From NCBI GenBank assembly GCA_048213135.1, contig PS015482.1, forward strand, positions 10,560-46,975: a stretch of DNA of 36,416 bases, given 5' to 3'. The notes under the pieces are model-generated. The model saw only the letters and a program-made list of their open reading frames with translations. It was not told the origin of the DNA and searched no databases. A program made the position numbers and the translations under genes. The DNA is from Reclinomonas americana ATCC 50394. Lineage: Eukaryota. Shown here in pieces: positions 11,484 through 24,257 of this stretch; within the stretch, counting starts at the first letter, position 1, and every line of letters starts with the position of its first letter.

Positions 11484-12608
11484 GTCGTCGTCGTCGTCGT
11501 CTCGTCGTCGTCGTCGTCGTCGTCGTCGTGTCGTTCGTTCGTTCGTTCGTTCGTTCGTTCGTTCGTTCGTTCGTTCGTTCGTTACGTTCGTTCGTTCGTT
11601 CGTTCGTTCGTTCTCGTCGTNNNNNNNNNNNNNNNNNNNNNNNNNNNNNNNNNNNNNNNNNNNNNNNNNNNNNNNNNNNNNNNNNNNNNNNNNNNNNNNN
11701 NNNNNNNNNNNNNNNNNNNNNNNNNNNNNNNNNNNNNNNNNNNNNNNNNNNNNNNNNNNNNNNNNNNNNNNNNNNNNNNNNNNNNNNNNNNNNNNNNNNN
11801 NNNNNNNNNNNNNNNNNNNNNNNNNNNNNNNNNNNNNNNNNNNNNNNNNNNNNNNNNNNNNNNNNNNNNNNNNNNNNNNNNNNNNNNNNNNNNNNNNNNN
11901 NNNNNNNNNNNNNNNNNNNNNNNNNNNNNNNNNNNNNNNNNNNNNNNNNNNNNNNNNNNNNNNNNNNNNNNNNNNNNNNNNNNNNNNNNNNNNNNNNNNN
12001 NNNNNNNNNNNNNNNNNNNNNNNNNNNNNNNNNNNNNNNNNNNNNNNNNNNNNNNNNNNNNNNNNNNNNNNNNNNNNNNNNNNNNNNNNNNNNNNNNNNN
12101 NNNNNNNNNNNNNNNNNNNNNNNNNNNNNNNNNNNNNNNNNNNNNNNNNNNNNNNNNNNNNNNNNNNNNNNNNNNNNNNNNNNNNNNNNNNNNNNNNNNN
12201 NNNNNNNNNNNNNNNNNNNNNNNNNNNNNNNNNNNNNNNNNNNNNNNNNNNNNNNNNNNNNNNNNNNNNNNNNNNNNNNNNNNNNNNNNNNNNNNNNNNN
12301 NNNNNNNNNACGAAGTACGTTCTATACTTCTCTCTCTTCCTTCGTCGTGTACGGACCGAACGGACGGGACGTGTACGGTACGTACGCACGTCTCATCTTC
12401 TCGTTCGTCGTCCTCTCTCTCTCTCTCTCCTCCTCTCTCTCTCTCTCTTGGCGTGCTCTCATGAAGTCTCCTTTCAATCTTCATCTCTGTTTCTTCCTTC
12501 TCTTTAATCCAGTTTGTAACTTCCTTTCTCCCGCTATCCCGCTCGTCATCCCATTGTTTCCATCATTTCTCTCACTCTCTCTCTGTCTATCTCTCTCTGT
12601 CTATCTCT

Positions 12609-12649
<41 letters not shown>

Positions 12650-12668
12650 GTCTGTCTGTCTGCCTGCC

Positions 12669-12729
<61 letters not shown>

Positions 12730-13022
12730 GCTGTCTGACTGCCTGCATGTCTGTCTCTCTCTCTCCATGTCTGCCTGTCTCTCTCTATGTCTGTCTGTCT
12801 GTCTGTCTGTTTGTGTATCCCTCGCTCTCGCCTTTCTCCACTCTGTATGTGTACATGTCTGTCTGTCAGTCTGTCTGTCTCACTTGCTTTTCGTCTCTGT
12901 GAGTCTTTCTATCTCTGTCACTCTCTGTCTGTCTGTGTGCATGTATCTGTCACTCTCTGTTTGACAGTCTGTCTGTCTGTCTCACTCGGTTTCCTCGCTG
13001 TGCGTGTGTCATAATGGCTCTT

Positions 13023-13058
<36 letters not shown>

Positions 13059-14862
13059 CGTCAATCTATCACCCTCTCTCGCGGTCCCTCACTGTGCTTG
13101 TGTCGCACTGTCTCTGCTTCGTCCTTTCTTTCCTGTTCTCCTCTCCTCTTTCTCCTTTCCCCCCACGAACCACAGCGGGTACACGAGGGTGGCCAGGCGC
13201 AGAAGATGCAAATGGTGATGCACATACGTGGCAACTCCGGGCATACCCTCGAACAGGAGCTGAATCGCCTCTCCCATTCTGCACCCACACAAAAGTGAGC
13301 AACCAAGAAGCTTAAATGCGGAGAGCAACAACTCAACTGGTCACGATCCGCCACCGGCAACGACGGCAGCACATACAGCAGCAGACGACAGAGGGCATCC
13401 AGCACACGACCGCGGTCCGCATCGTCCTCGGTGGCGAGCACAACCAGGGCCACGGTGCGCACAATGATGCACCACGTGTCGATAGGAGTGGCATCACCTT
13501 GGAACACGGCCACAGTGAGCGGACACAGCAGCCACACGCGATCCGTGACAGGTCTGTGTTGGCGAGTGGGAGGTGAATATGAGGAAACAAGAGGATTTGA
13601 CTTTGGCACACTCACCGAGTCATCACGAGCCAGTGGTGTACAAACGACTCGGATGACACCGAGGCTGCCATGGCGCGCAGCACGCGCACGACACCGCTGC
13701 GGAGTGCGTCTGTGCCGGGGGCGACCATGTGCAGTTGTACCAGCGTGGGAAGCATCTGCGACGAAGGTAGGGTGAGCACTGCAACTCTATTTTGACATGT
13801 TCACCAGCCGGTACGAACGCTGCACACCTCACTATCTTTGCAGTCCACATACATGACACGAAAAAATGATTGCTTTCTCCACTCTGCAATCCAGACACTA
13901 TCCACATGGTCACCAGGCACCACAGCGTCTTGTCAAAAGATGACAACGCCGCCTCTCTCGCACATCACACACGCACTCTGCACTCTCTCCACACTCACGA
14001 TCGATAAGAACAATCATCCCTCCCATCACCACGCAACAATCTATCCGACAAGCAATCACTGTCCCTCTAATTCCTCACAGTCGATAAGCACAATCATTCC
14101 TCCATCGCAATTCAACAATCTATCCGACAAGCAATTACTTCCCTCTCATTCCTCTCTCACTCTCACAATCGACAATAACAATCATCCCTCCCATTACCAT
14201 GCAACAATCTATCCGTCACCGTCCTTCTCATTCCTCTCTCCACTCTCACAGTCGATAAGCACAATCATTCTTCCCATCACCACGCAACAATCTATCCGAA
14301 AAGCAATCACTGTCCCACTCATTCCTTGCCAGCACAAATCTCATTCTCCTCTCGTCTCCCTTCTTTCTTCATCTCGTTCCCCCCTCCTTACCTTCTGAAA
14401 CATGACGGGCAACTCCGCACTCGTTCCAACACATCGCACACACTCCACGAGGAACTCGACGGCAAAGTGCACCACCTGTTCGTCGTGACTGCAGCAACGC
14501 AGGGCGGCGACTGCAGTCGGCAGGCACTGCGCGACGAACTCGACGTCGGGTGACATGCGCTGCAGGCAGGTTCGACCACTGTGCGAGGGAGGTGGAGTGA
14601 GGGAGGGGAGAGGGAGAGGGCGAAGAGAGCAGGAGAGGGGGAGGGAAACGAAAGAATAGGATTGGGCAGTCGACAGTGAGCACGGTAACAACTGCGACAG
14701 CAAGATTGAGTTCATTGAAGACCGACTGAGTTTAGAGAAGGAGGAGACAAAGCAGAGCAAACGTGAGAAATGAAAGAGAAGAATGCAAAACTGAACTGCA
14801 CGTGTTTCAAAACAGTATCAGACTGAGCAAGCAGAAGGAGGAAGAAAGTAAGAGTGAGCGAG

Positions 14863-14925
<63 letters not shown>

Positions 14926-16698
14926 TCAGAATGGCCGAGAGACGAGAGTAGAAATCAAGACGATGAAGAAAATATCTGCTCGTACAGACTGTCTGCCACT
15001 TGAGAGAAGGAGATTCATCAAAAAAACACATATAAGAGAAAGCGAGCCCGAGAGAAATCTAGTTGATGCTGAAGAAGCTTGTGCTCGAAGTTCGACACTG
15101 ACTGAAACTGGGAGAGAACGAGAAAGGGAGGGAGGCAGAGAGACAAGTGCCGATAGTGATGAAGAAGACGTTTGTTGGAAGAGACTGTAAGAAACTGAAA
15201 TGGAAAAGAAGTGAGAGAAGAGAAGAGAAGAAAGAACAGAGAATATGAGAGACAGAGAAAGAAAGCAACACGAAAATATAGCAAACACAAGAGAATGAGT
15301 CACACAAAGATCAGCGCAATGAAACGAAGAGACGAGTGCCACTCTGTTACCCTTCTCATTTCGTCATTTCCTCGTCACAGCGGCACCGTATGCATAAGGT
15401 TGATCAAACCCCCTTCCCCCTTCCCCCCTTCCCCCTTTCCCTCTTCCTCCCTCCCTTCCCTCCCTCCCCTCCCTCCCCCCCCCCCCCCTCCGCAACAGCA
15501 ACAACCACGACGCCAACAACGACGACCGCGCGGACAACACCATCGGATTGGCCAGCACGACATGCGGCACGGCCAGCGCATCGCTCACAGACACAGGTGC
15601 AGCAGCCGTCGATGTGCCAGTTGCCGCCGCCGCCGCCGCCACGTCAACCAACTGCGACGTGGGAACCATCAGCAGCGTTCCACCACCCTCTGTCTCCAGC
15701 AACGGAGGCACGGCGCAGGCGTCGCGTTGCCGCACAGCCGGCTCCTGCTCGTTGGACAGCAGCGGACTCCAGTGCACTGCGTGATCGGCCAACGAGCCAA
15801 TGAGCACGCTGAGGGCGCGTGACGGCCGATACGACGTCGTGGCCACTTGCTCCACCAGTGCCGTGGCCAGTCGCGTCTGGCATATCTGCAGATCGACCAG
15901 GCGCAGCCACTCGTCGGCAGTGAGACAGCAATTCTCCACTTGCTCGAATGAGGCCAAGCTGAAGGCGGAGAGGACGGCCACACTCTCCACCTCCAGGAAC
16001 ACGCTCATGTCGTGCGTGTTCTGCGTGGACAGAAAGAGTCAGAGGCAACAGCCACGCCATTGAAGGGGACGGGATGAGTGGGCGGTACCGTCGGCAGCAT
16101 GGGGGCCAGCATGGTGAGGAGAGGAGCGGTGGCGAGCAACAATGTGCACAGTGGCGCAAAGCGCAGCGTCTTGTCAGCTTCCTTGATGGCTGCACGAAGG
16201 GAATATGAGGACGCTGACCGCAAGGAAGAGCAACTTTGCGTTCTCGCTCACCTGCATCGAGAGCACTCCACAGCACATCGAATAGCACCGTTGCTGCCTC
16301 TGTGGCACTACGACCGCCGCTTATGGGCAGCAGGCCACGTCTCACGAGGACAAACAGACGATACATGAGATGCTGTGAGTGAAGAGAACGAAGTTATTTG
16401 TCAAGCACTACACGGTACTCGGTGTTCGAAAAACCGCACCTGCGATGGCGGATCACTGGGCGACGAGCGCTCCAGCAGGCCGCGAAGAAAGAGTGCCAAA
16501 AAGCCGCACGGATCTGCTTCGGCACCTCGCGCAAGCAACAGGGCAGCCGGTGCCGACACTTGCACAAAGCTATCGAACGTGACGTCCACCAGCTGAACAA
16601 CAATAGAGTGAGACTCAAGTATACCACAGAGAAGAGATTTTAGTCCGTATAGCTAACAGATCTCACAACACGAATTCCAGACTGGGAATTCAGCGCCC

Positions 16699-16737
<39 letters not shown>

Positions 16738-17544
16738 CTACTACGTACTACGTACGTANNNNNNNNNNNNNNNNNNNNNNNNNNNNNNNNNNNNNNNNNN
16801 NNNNNNNNNNNNNNNNNNNNNNNNNNNNNNNNNNNNNNNNNNNNNNNNNNNNNNNNNNNNNNNNNNNNNNNNNNNNNNNNNNNNNNNNNNNNNNNNNNNN
16901 NNNNNNNNNNNNNNNNNNNNNNNNNNNNNNNNNNNNNNNNNNNNNNNNNNNNNNNNNNNNNNNNNNNNNNNNNNNNNNNNNNNNNNNNNNNNNNNNNNNN
17001 NNNNNNNNNNNNNNNNNNNNNNNNNNNNNNNNNNNNNNNNNNNNNNNNNNNNNNNNNNNNNNNNNNNNNNNNNNNNNNNNNNNNNNNNNNNNNNNNNNNN
17101 NNNNNNNNNNNNNNNNNNNNNNNNNNNNNNNNNNNNNNNNNNNNNNNNNNNNNNNNNNNNNNNNNNNNNNNNNNNNNNNNNNNNNNNNNNNNNNNNNNNN
17201 NNNNNNNNNNNNNNNNNNNNNNNNNNNNNNNNNNNNNNNNNNNNNNNNNNNNNNNNNNNNNNNNNNNNNNNNNNNNNNNNNNNNNNNNNNNNNNNNNNNN
17301 NNNNNNNNNNNNNNNNNNNNNNNNNNNNNNNNNNNNNNNNNNNNNNNNNNNNNNNNNNNNNNNNNNNNNNNNNNNNNNNNNNNNNNNNNNNNNNNNNNNN
17401 NNNNNNNNNNNNNNNNNNNNNNNNNNNNNNNNNNNNNNNNNNNNNNNNNNNNNNNNNNNNNNNNNNNNNNNNNNNNNNNNNNNNNNNNNNNNNNNTATAG
17501 CTAACAGATCTCACAACACGAATTCCAGACTGGAATTCACGCGC

Positions 17545-17584
<40 letters not shown>

Positions 17585-18740
17585 AAAAAACAATGGGCGG
17601 CAAGGACTTACCGCCGCTACCGCCTGCTGCATGACTGGAGGCCACGTCCATCGACATTGGAACTGGGCGGTCTTCTCCGCCACTGGTCCGGCATCCAAAC
17701 TGAGTGCACGATGATGAGTAAACAAAAGCCCTGCCAGGCGAAAAGAGAAGAAACACGACTTACAAGCTCGATCGATGTCGCATGCCAAGATCCGCCACCA
17801 GTGGCGAAGATCGATCAAGAGTACTGCACGAGCACGTCAGCCAACGAGATTCACGTGGGGCTCATCAGACGCTAACAAACCCAGAGTTGCGACGGAAGAG
17901 ACTGGTTTCGCTGTCAAACTGAGCAGTGGCCATGGACAAGCGATCCGTGCGTCCCGCCGTCAGCGATGCCACGAGTGGTGTCGAACTGGAACTCGCAGGT
18001 GCACCAGCGGACAGCAACACCGAGCTTGCATTCTCGGCGAGTCCGCCCACAGCCAGCGACACCACGAGTGGCGATGTGGGCGACGAAAAGTGTCGTTGCA
18101 GCGGGAACGAGGACTGGAGGGCGAGTGTTGACGGAGTCTCGGACGCACGTACGGATTGCCAGAGTATCGTGTGCAGAGCCAGAACGGCCGCAGCACGCTC
18201 ATGTGAGCTATTGTCACTATAGAGCTGGCTGAGCATGAGCTCGCGACTGGTCTCCGGCGCCTCGTGGCACATGCGCAGAAACATGCGACCCGCCTGCGTC
18301 ATGAGTGTCAGAAGGCGGCGATACCCAAGGACGCGGGCAGATCGCGCACGCACCACTATCCTCTCCGATTCGGAGCCAAACGCCATCAGCGGCCACGCAA
18401 TGGCGGCCATGCTGTTCATGTCGGCGGCATCCACACTCGGCGCGGACGGCAGTCGCAGTAGTGCACGAAACACCAGCTCCACCAGCGACCGATCGCGCAA
18501 CAATTCACGCTCCCGCGGCGGCAACATGTACCGTGGCAGCGATCCACCTCGCTGATTCAACTTGAACCACATGGACGAGGTCGACGACTCGTCGTACGTG
18601 TCGGCAGCGTACAGGGTGCGCAGCTGGGCGTGGCCAGCGTCGTTTGCAGACTGCTCCGCTTGCTGCGGGCGCCAGATAGAAGAAGTCAGACAGAGACACA
18701 AGTCGAGAGGCAGAAACGACCAGATAAAGGCAGTTTGGAG

Positions 18741-18800
<60 letters not shown>

Positions 18801-20564
18801 GNNNNNNNNNNNNNNNNNNNNNNNNNNNNNNNNNNNNNNNNNNNNNNNNNNNNNNNNNNNNNNNNNNNNNNNNNNNNNNNNNNNNNNNNNNNNNNNNNNN
18901 NNNNNNNNNNNNNNNNNNNNNNNNNNNNNNNNNNNNNNNNNNNNNNNNNNNNNNNNNNNNNNNNNNNNNNNNNNNNNNNNNNNNNNNNNNNNNNNNNNNN
19001 NNNNNNNNNNNNNNNNNNNNNNNNNNNNNNNNNNNNNNNNNNNNNNNNNNNNNNNNNNNNNNNNNNNNNNNNNNNNNNNNNNNNNNNNNNNNNNNNNNNN
19101 NNNNNNNNNNNNNNNNNNNNNNNNNNNNNNNNNNNNNNNNNNNNNNNNNNNNNNNNNNNNNNNNNNNNNNNNNNNNNNNNNNNNNNNNNNNNNNNNNNNN
19201 NNNNNNNNNNNNNNNNNNNNNNNNNNNNNNNNNNNNNNNNNNNNNNNNNNNNNNNNNNNNNNNNNNNNNNNNNNNNNNNNNNNNNNNNNNNNNNNNNNNN
19301 NNNNNNNNNNNNNNNNNNNNNNNNNNNNNNNNNNNNNNNNNNNNNNAGAGAGAGAGAGAGAGAGAAAGAGACGCAAATACAACGAAAAAGGAAGGTCGAT
19401 TGGTTAACGAGTATGACAGAGCTGGATGGAAGAGAGGAGAAGCAGCAGCGAACATCAGGAGTGAAAATGGAATGAATGGTGAGAAGGGGGTGACAAAGAG
19501 AGAAGACAAACCCCACTCTCGGCCAGCCAGTCCAACAGCATCGCATGCCACGCAGGCTCGGTGATGGGGAGTGGCGCGGCGGATGGGCCCACGTGGGCGA
19601 GCAAGCGCGCCACTGTGCTCTTGAGTGGCAGCGGCAGGCGAACGGAGTTGACATTCTACAAACAGCCATGAGAACAAACCCGTGATAGAAGCCTCGCTCC
19701 CGCCTTGCCATCATCACGCACCGCATCCAACAGAAAGTGTGAAATCGCATCGGCAAAGAGATCCGGGCTGGCCAAGTGAGCATACACGCAAAACTCGTAC
19801 AGCACCACGGCGCGACCGAGGGGCAGACTGGAGGCGCCGCGTCGCAACACATCGACCATGTAGCGCGCCGACAGCAACTCATGTGTATCACCGCACTCGG
19901 CAAACGCACGCAGCCGCCGCGCCACGACGCGCCCCGAGGCCATGTCGGAGGCGAACTCGGCCTCGAGAATCGACGGCACCACGTCGTGCGCCGCACACTC
20001 GAGAACGGTGCGCAGGAAGCGATGGCGCGAGGCGGCGGGTGATTGCGACCAGGCGACGTGGTCGAGGAGGGGGAGGGCCAGTCGGCCAGCCAGCAGCGTG
20101 CAGAGGGAGGGAATGGACAGTGTGCGGCAGAGGTGGGCGAGGTGGGTAGGGGTGAAGGTGGGGTGGGAGATCTGCAGAGGGGGTAAGAGGGGAAGGGAGG
20201 GTAAGAGGGGAAGGGATAAGAGGGGAAGGGATAAGAGGGGAAGGGATAAGAGGGAAAGGGATAGGAGAGGAAAGGATAGGAGGGGAAGGGATAAGAGGGG
20301 AAGGGGTAAGAGGGGAAGGGAGGGAGGGGGAAGGGAGAGAGGAGGAGAGGGAGAGGAAAGGATAGGGACGGGGAGGGCAACAGGGTTAGAGAGTAAGTGG
20401 AGAAGTGCGGAAAGAGGAACGGAGCGCGAAAGGCCAGGGAAGGGAAGGAAAAAGGGATGAAAGAGGGAAAAGGGAATAACTGGACCGGGAAGCAGAGGGA
20501 AGAGGATGGGAGCAGGGAAACCCGGACGAGAGGTAAGGGTGGCAGCACGCAATCGGGTGTGAAA

Positions 20565-20641
<77 letters not shown>

Positions 20642-23600
20642 TAGTAGTAGTAGTAGTATATAGTACTTACGTACGTACGTACGTACGTACGTACGTACTA
20701 CGTACTACTACGTACGTACGTACGTACGTACGTACGTACGTACGTACGTNNNNNNNNNNNNNNNNNNNNNNNNNNNNNNNNNNNNNNNNNNNNNNNNNNN
20801 NNNNNNNNNNNNNNNNNNNNNNNNNNNNNNNNNNNNNNNNNNNNNNNNNNNNNNNNNNNNNNNNNNNNNNNNNNNNNNNNNNNNNNNNNNNNNNNNNNNN
20901 NNNNNNNNNNNNNNNNNNNNNNNNNNNNNNNNNNNNNNNNNNNNNNNNNNNNNNNNNNNNNNNNNNNNNNNNNNNNNNNNNNNNNNNNNNNNNNNNNNNN
21001 NNNNNNNNNNNNNNNNNNNNNNNNNNNNNNNNNNNNNNNNNNNNNNNNNNNNNNNNNNNNNNNNNNNNNNNNNNNNNNNNNNNNNNNNNNNNNNNNNNNN
21101 NNNNNNNNNNNNNNNNNNNNNNNNNNNNNNNNNNNNNNNNNNNNNNNNNNNNNNNNNNNNNNNNNNNNNNNNNNNNNNNNNNNNNNNNNNNNNNNNNNNN
21201 NNNNNNNNNNNNNNNNNNNNNNNNNNNNNNNNNNNNNNNNNNNNNNNNNNNNNNNNNNNNNNNNNNNNNNNNNNNNNNNNNNNNNNNNNNNNNNNNNNNN
21301 NNNNNNNNNNNNNNNNNNNNNNNNNNNNNNNNNNNNNNNNNNNNNNNNNNNNNNNNNNNNNNNNNNNNNNNNNNNNNNNNNNNNNNNNNNNNNNNNNNNN
21401 NNNNNNNNNNNNNNNNNNNNNNNNNNNNNNNNNNNNNNNNNNNNNNNNNNNNNNNNNNNNNNNNNNNNNNNNNNNNNNNNNNNNNNNNNNNNNNNNNNNN
21501 NNNNNNNNNNNNNNNNNNNNNNNNNNNNNNNNNNNNNNNNNNNNNNNNNNNNNNNNNNNNNNNNNNNNNNNNNNNNNNNNNNNNNNNNNNNNNNNNNNNN
21601 NNNNNNNNNNNNNNNNNNNNNNNNNNNNNNNNNNNNNNNNNNNNNNNNNNNNNNNNNNNNNNNNNGAGAGAGAGAGAGAGAGAGAAAGAGAGCAGTTTAT
21701 CTGCAATAATTTGCATTCTGCACACGCTGTTCAACTCTCACAACCGCGTTATAGACTGAAGAAGCTTCTGGCGCGTGAAGGTGCAGTTCATGGATGGCAT
21801 CCCTCAACCTTCCATGCATAGCGAGTGCTTACACACGTGTATCGATAGATTGACCCACATCAACTGCACGAGAAGGCTGGCAGCAGTCGCTAACCGATCA
21901 CCCCGTTTCATGAATGAGATGGAGGAGTTGAGGACACACAATCAACACACTCGCACTCTCTTTCTTTTCCACAATCTCCAACCACACTCTCTCGTTTGCC
22001 CTCTTCTTTCCACTCCTCCGTCTCTTTCTTGTCGCCCTACGTGACTGACTGCTCAAGCTGCGCCTCCCTTCTACCTTCCCTTCCCCAAAACGCAACAATC
22101 GCCCGCAAGTGCGCCGCCAGCTCATTCGGACACACCACGCCAATGCCCTCCAGCAGCGAGGTGAAGCTCAACACCAGTGGCGTGTGATCGCCTGGCTGCG
22201 AGTCCCAGTGGCCCAATGCTTGCGCGAGGCACCAGAACACATCCGGCAGGACACCCTGCGCCGCGGCCGAGGAGGAGAGGTGGCGGGCCAGCACTTGGGC
22301 GAGGAGTAGTGATGTCTCGGCATCTTTCTCGCCAAATATGCCGCGCACTGCACGGGGGAAGGAAATGGGAAAGGGGATGGGAGAGAGATTAGAAGAGAGG
22401 AGTGAGCAATATTACGACAGGTAGGAAGAAGCGAGGAGACTGCGTTAGAGAGACAGAGAGAGAGAGAGAGAGAAGAGAGAAAGCAGAAGACAAAGTCGAG
22501 AGCATAGTGAGAATGACCTCTTTGGTGACGAAAAGTGCCGCTCTTACTCACCATTGCGATATCGCATCGAGACGGAGAGAGAGAAGGAGAGAGATATGAA
22601 GTGAGAAGTGTGCACTATTTCGAAAGGATACACAAGCATGAAGGAGTGAGACTGTTTTCGAGAGAGTACGGCGAAAGCAAAAGAGAGAAGAGAGAATGCA
22701 GAATACCAAAACTCATGCTTGCGAAATTGCCGAGAGCATGGTGAGGATGACCTCTCTGAAGACGAAAAATACCGCTCTTGCTCACCATTGCGATATCGGA
22801 TCGAGAGAAAGAGAGAGAGACGAGAAAGCAGGAAAGACAGAAGGCAACACGGGGACGGGTACGTATGCAGGCAAAGAGACCTAGAAATGCAAGCATGCAG
22901 ACGGAGAGATACTGAGAGACATAGAACGGGAATACGAGAAAACGATAGGCTAGAATCTGTAACCAGTCTTTGCTCTGACGATGAGACGCAACAAGTCGGA
23001 AGAAACGTGGCTGTCGGCAACGGCCACTCGGGGCCTCGCCACAGTCTATCCAGTGTCGCCATGCCCCACGTGCGCTCTCTCGTGCCCGGGTGCCGCAATA
23101 CTGCAAGCACGCACGCAGCGACATTGCTCTCCTGCGGAGAGTGTGTAAGACAGAAGTGACCTTCCGCGTCTGCGCCTCGCAAACGCAACGGTGACCATGC
23201 TGTCCACGAGACGCATGAGTTGCTGCCGCAAACCCGCATTGTCGGCGGCGGCCAGCGTGGCCGTCGTGGCGTCGACACTGCCGCCCACCGCTGGCGCCAG
23301 TTGATAGTAAGCGGTCATGAGCGGAGGCAGCAGGCGGTGTGCATGCTGCGACAAGACGGGTTGTGCCGCGGGCGACTTGGCCAGCAGGTCCAGCAGGCGC
23401 ACGCACTCGCCGGCGAGCCTCGACGAGTGACCGTGGATGACACGGCGGTTGACGCCGGCGAGGATGCCGCAGATGCAGCATTCCCAGAGGGGGAGAAGGA
23501 AGAACTGCGAGGAGGGGGAAGGGGGTGAGGGGGGGAAGAGAGGGAAGAGGGGAAGGGAGGCAAAAGAGGCAAGGGAGAGAAGGAAGAACTGCGAGGAGAA

Positions 23601-24221
23601 TGTGAAAGGGAACGAGGTGAGAAGGGTGCGAGATGTGAATGGAAGGCTTGAGATAGCGAGGCGAGCTTTGCAGAGCATGCGAATTAGCCAAGCAATGACG
23701 AGGAAGAGGAAGTGGATGCAGAGTGGGAGCAACGAATGCAGGAATGAGTAGATGGACTTCCGAGCGCGAACGGAGAACAACGTGAACGAGACAAGAGAAC
23801 GTACTGTGACAAACCGTGGCAAACAAATGAGACGTCTCCGCGGATGAGGGCGACGATTTGAGCTGAATAAGAGTCTCCAACAAGCTCTCCAGGGCCTCCT
23901 CCGCTGCGATTTCAAGCAAGTCAGTAGAAAGCAAACGCACTCTCTTCTAACTCGTCGAGAAATCAAGTTGTGCCAACTCTTCTCTGCCGTCAACACTCAT
24001 TGCCTCGTTGTCGCCTTTCAGCTGGTCACTTGTCCCTTCGTTGTTTCTCAGTCACCAGCACTCGCTGCTGCATGCTCTTGTAGAGGCTCTGCCGACTCTC
24101 TGCGCTTGGCTGTCTTCTATGCTGCAACTGGCTCGTCTTCCCAAGCCACGCGGCCTTCCTTCCTCCAAGATGACACCAAAAGCTCATGCTACAGGCAACT
24201 TGACTTGTCTCACTCCTCTCT

Positions 24222-24257
<36 letters not shown>

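Noticed and set aside
8691-12309. ORFs running through N blocks
   Set aside because: Their length comes from assembly gaps, whose content cannot be assessed.
13176-13279. MEI1 identity for the large helical gene (MGEAIQLLFEGMPGVATYVHHHLHLLRL resembles a MEI1 segment)
   Set aside because: It is a single local resemblance. UNC80 explains many more motifs in colinear order.
20640-20749. (TACG)n and related runs beside gaps (also ~11480-11620, 12310-12390, 16735-16758, 29290-29480)
   Set aside because: They occur only at contig ends, usually next to microsatellites, and follow the TACG flow order of 454 pyrosequencing. Most likely read-end noise.
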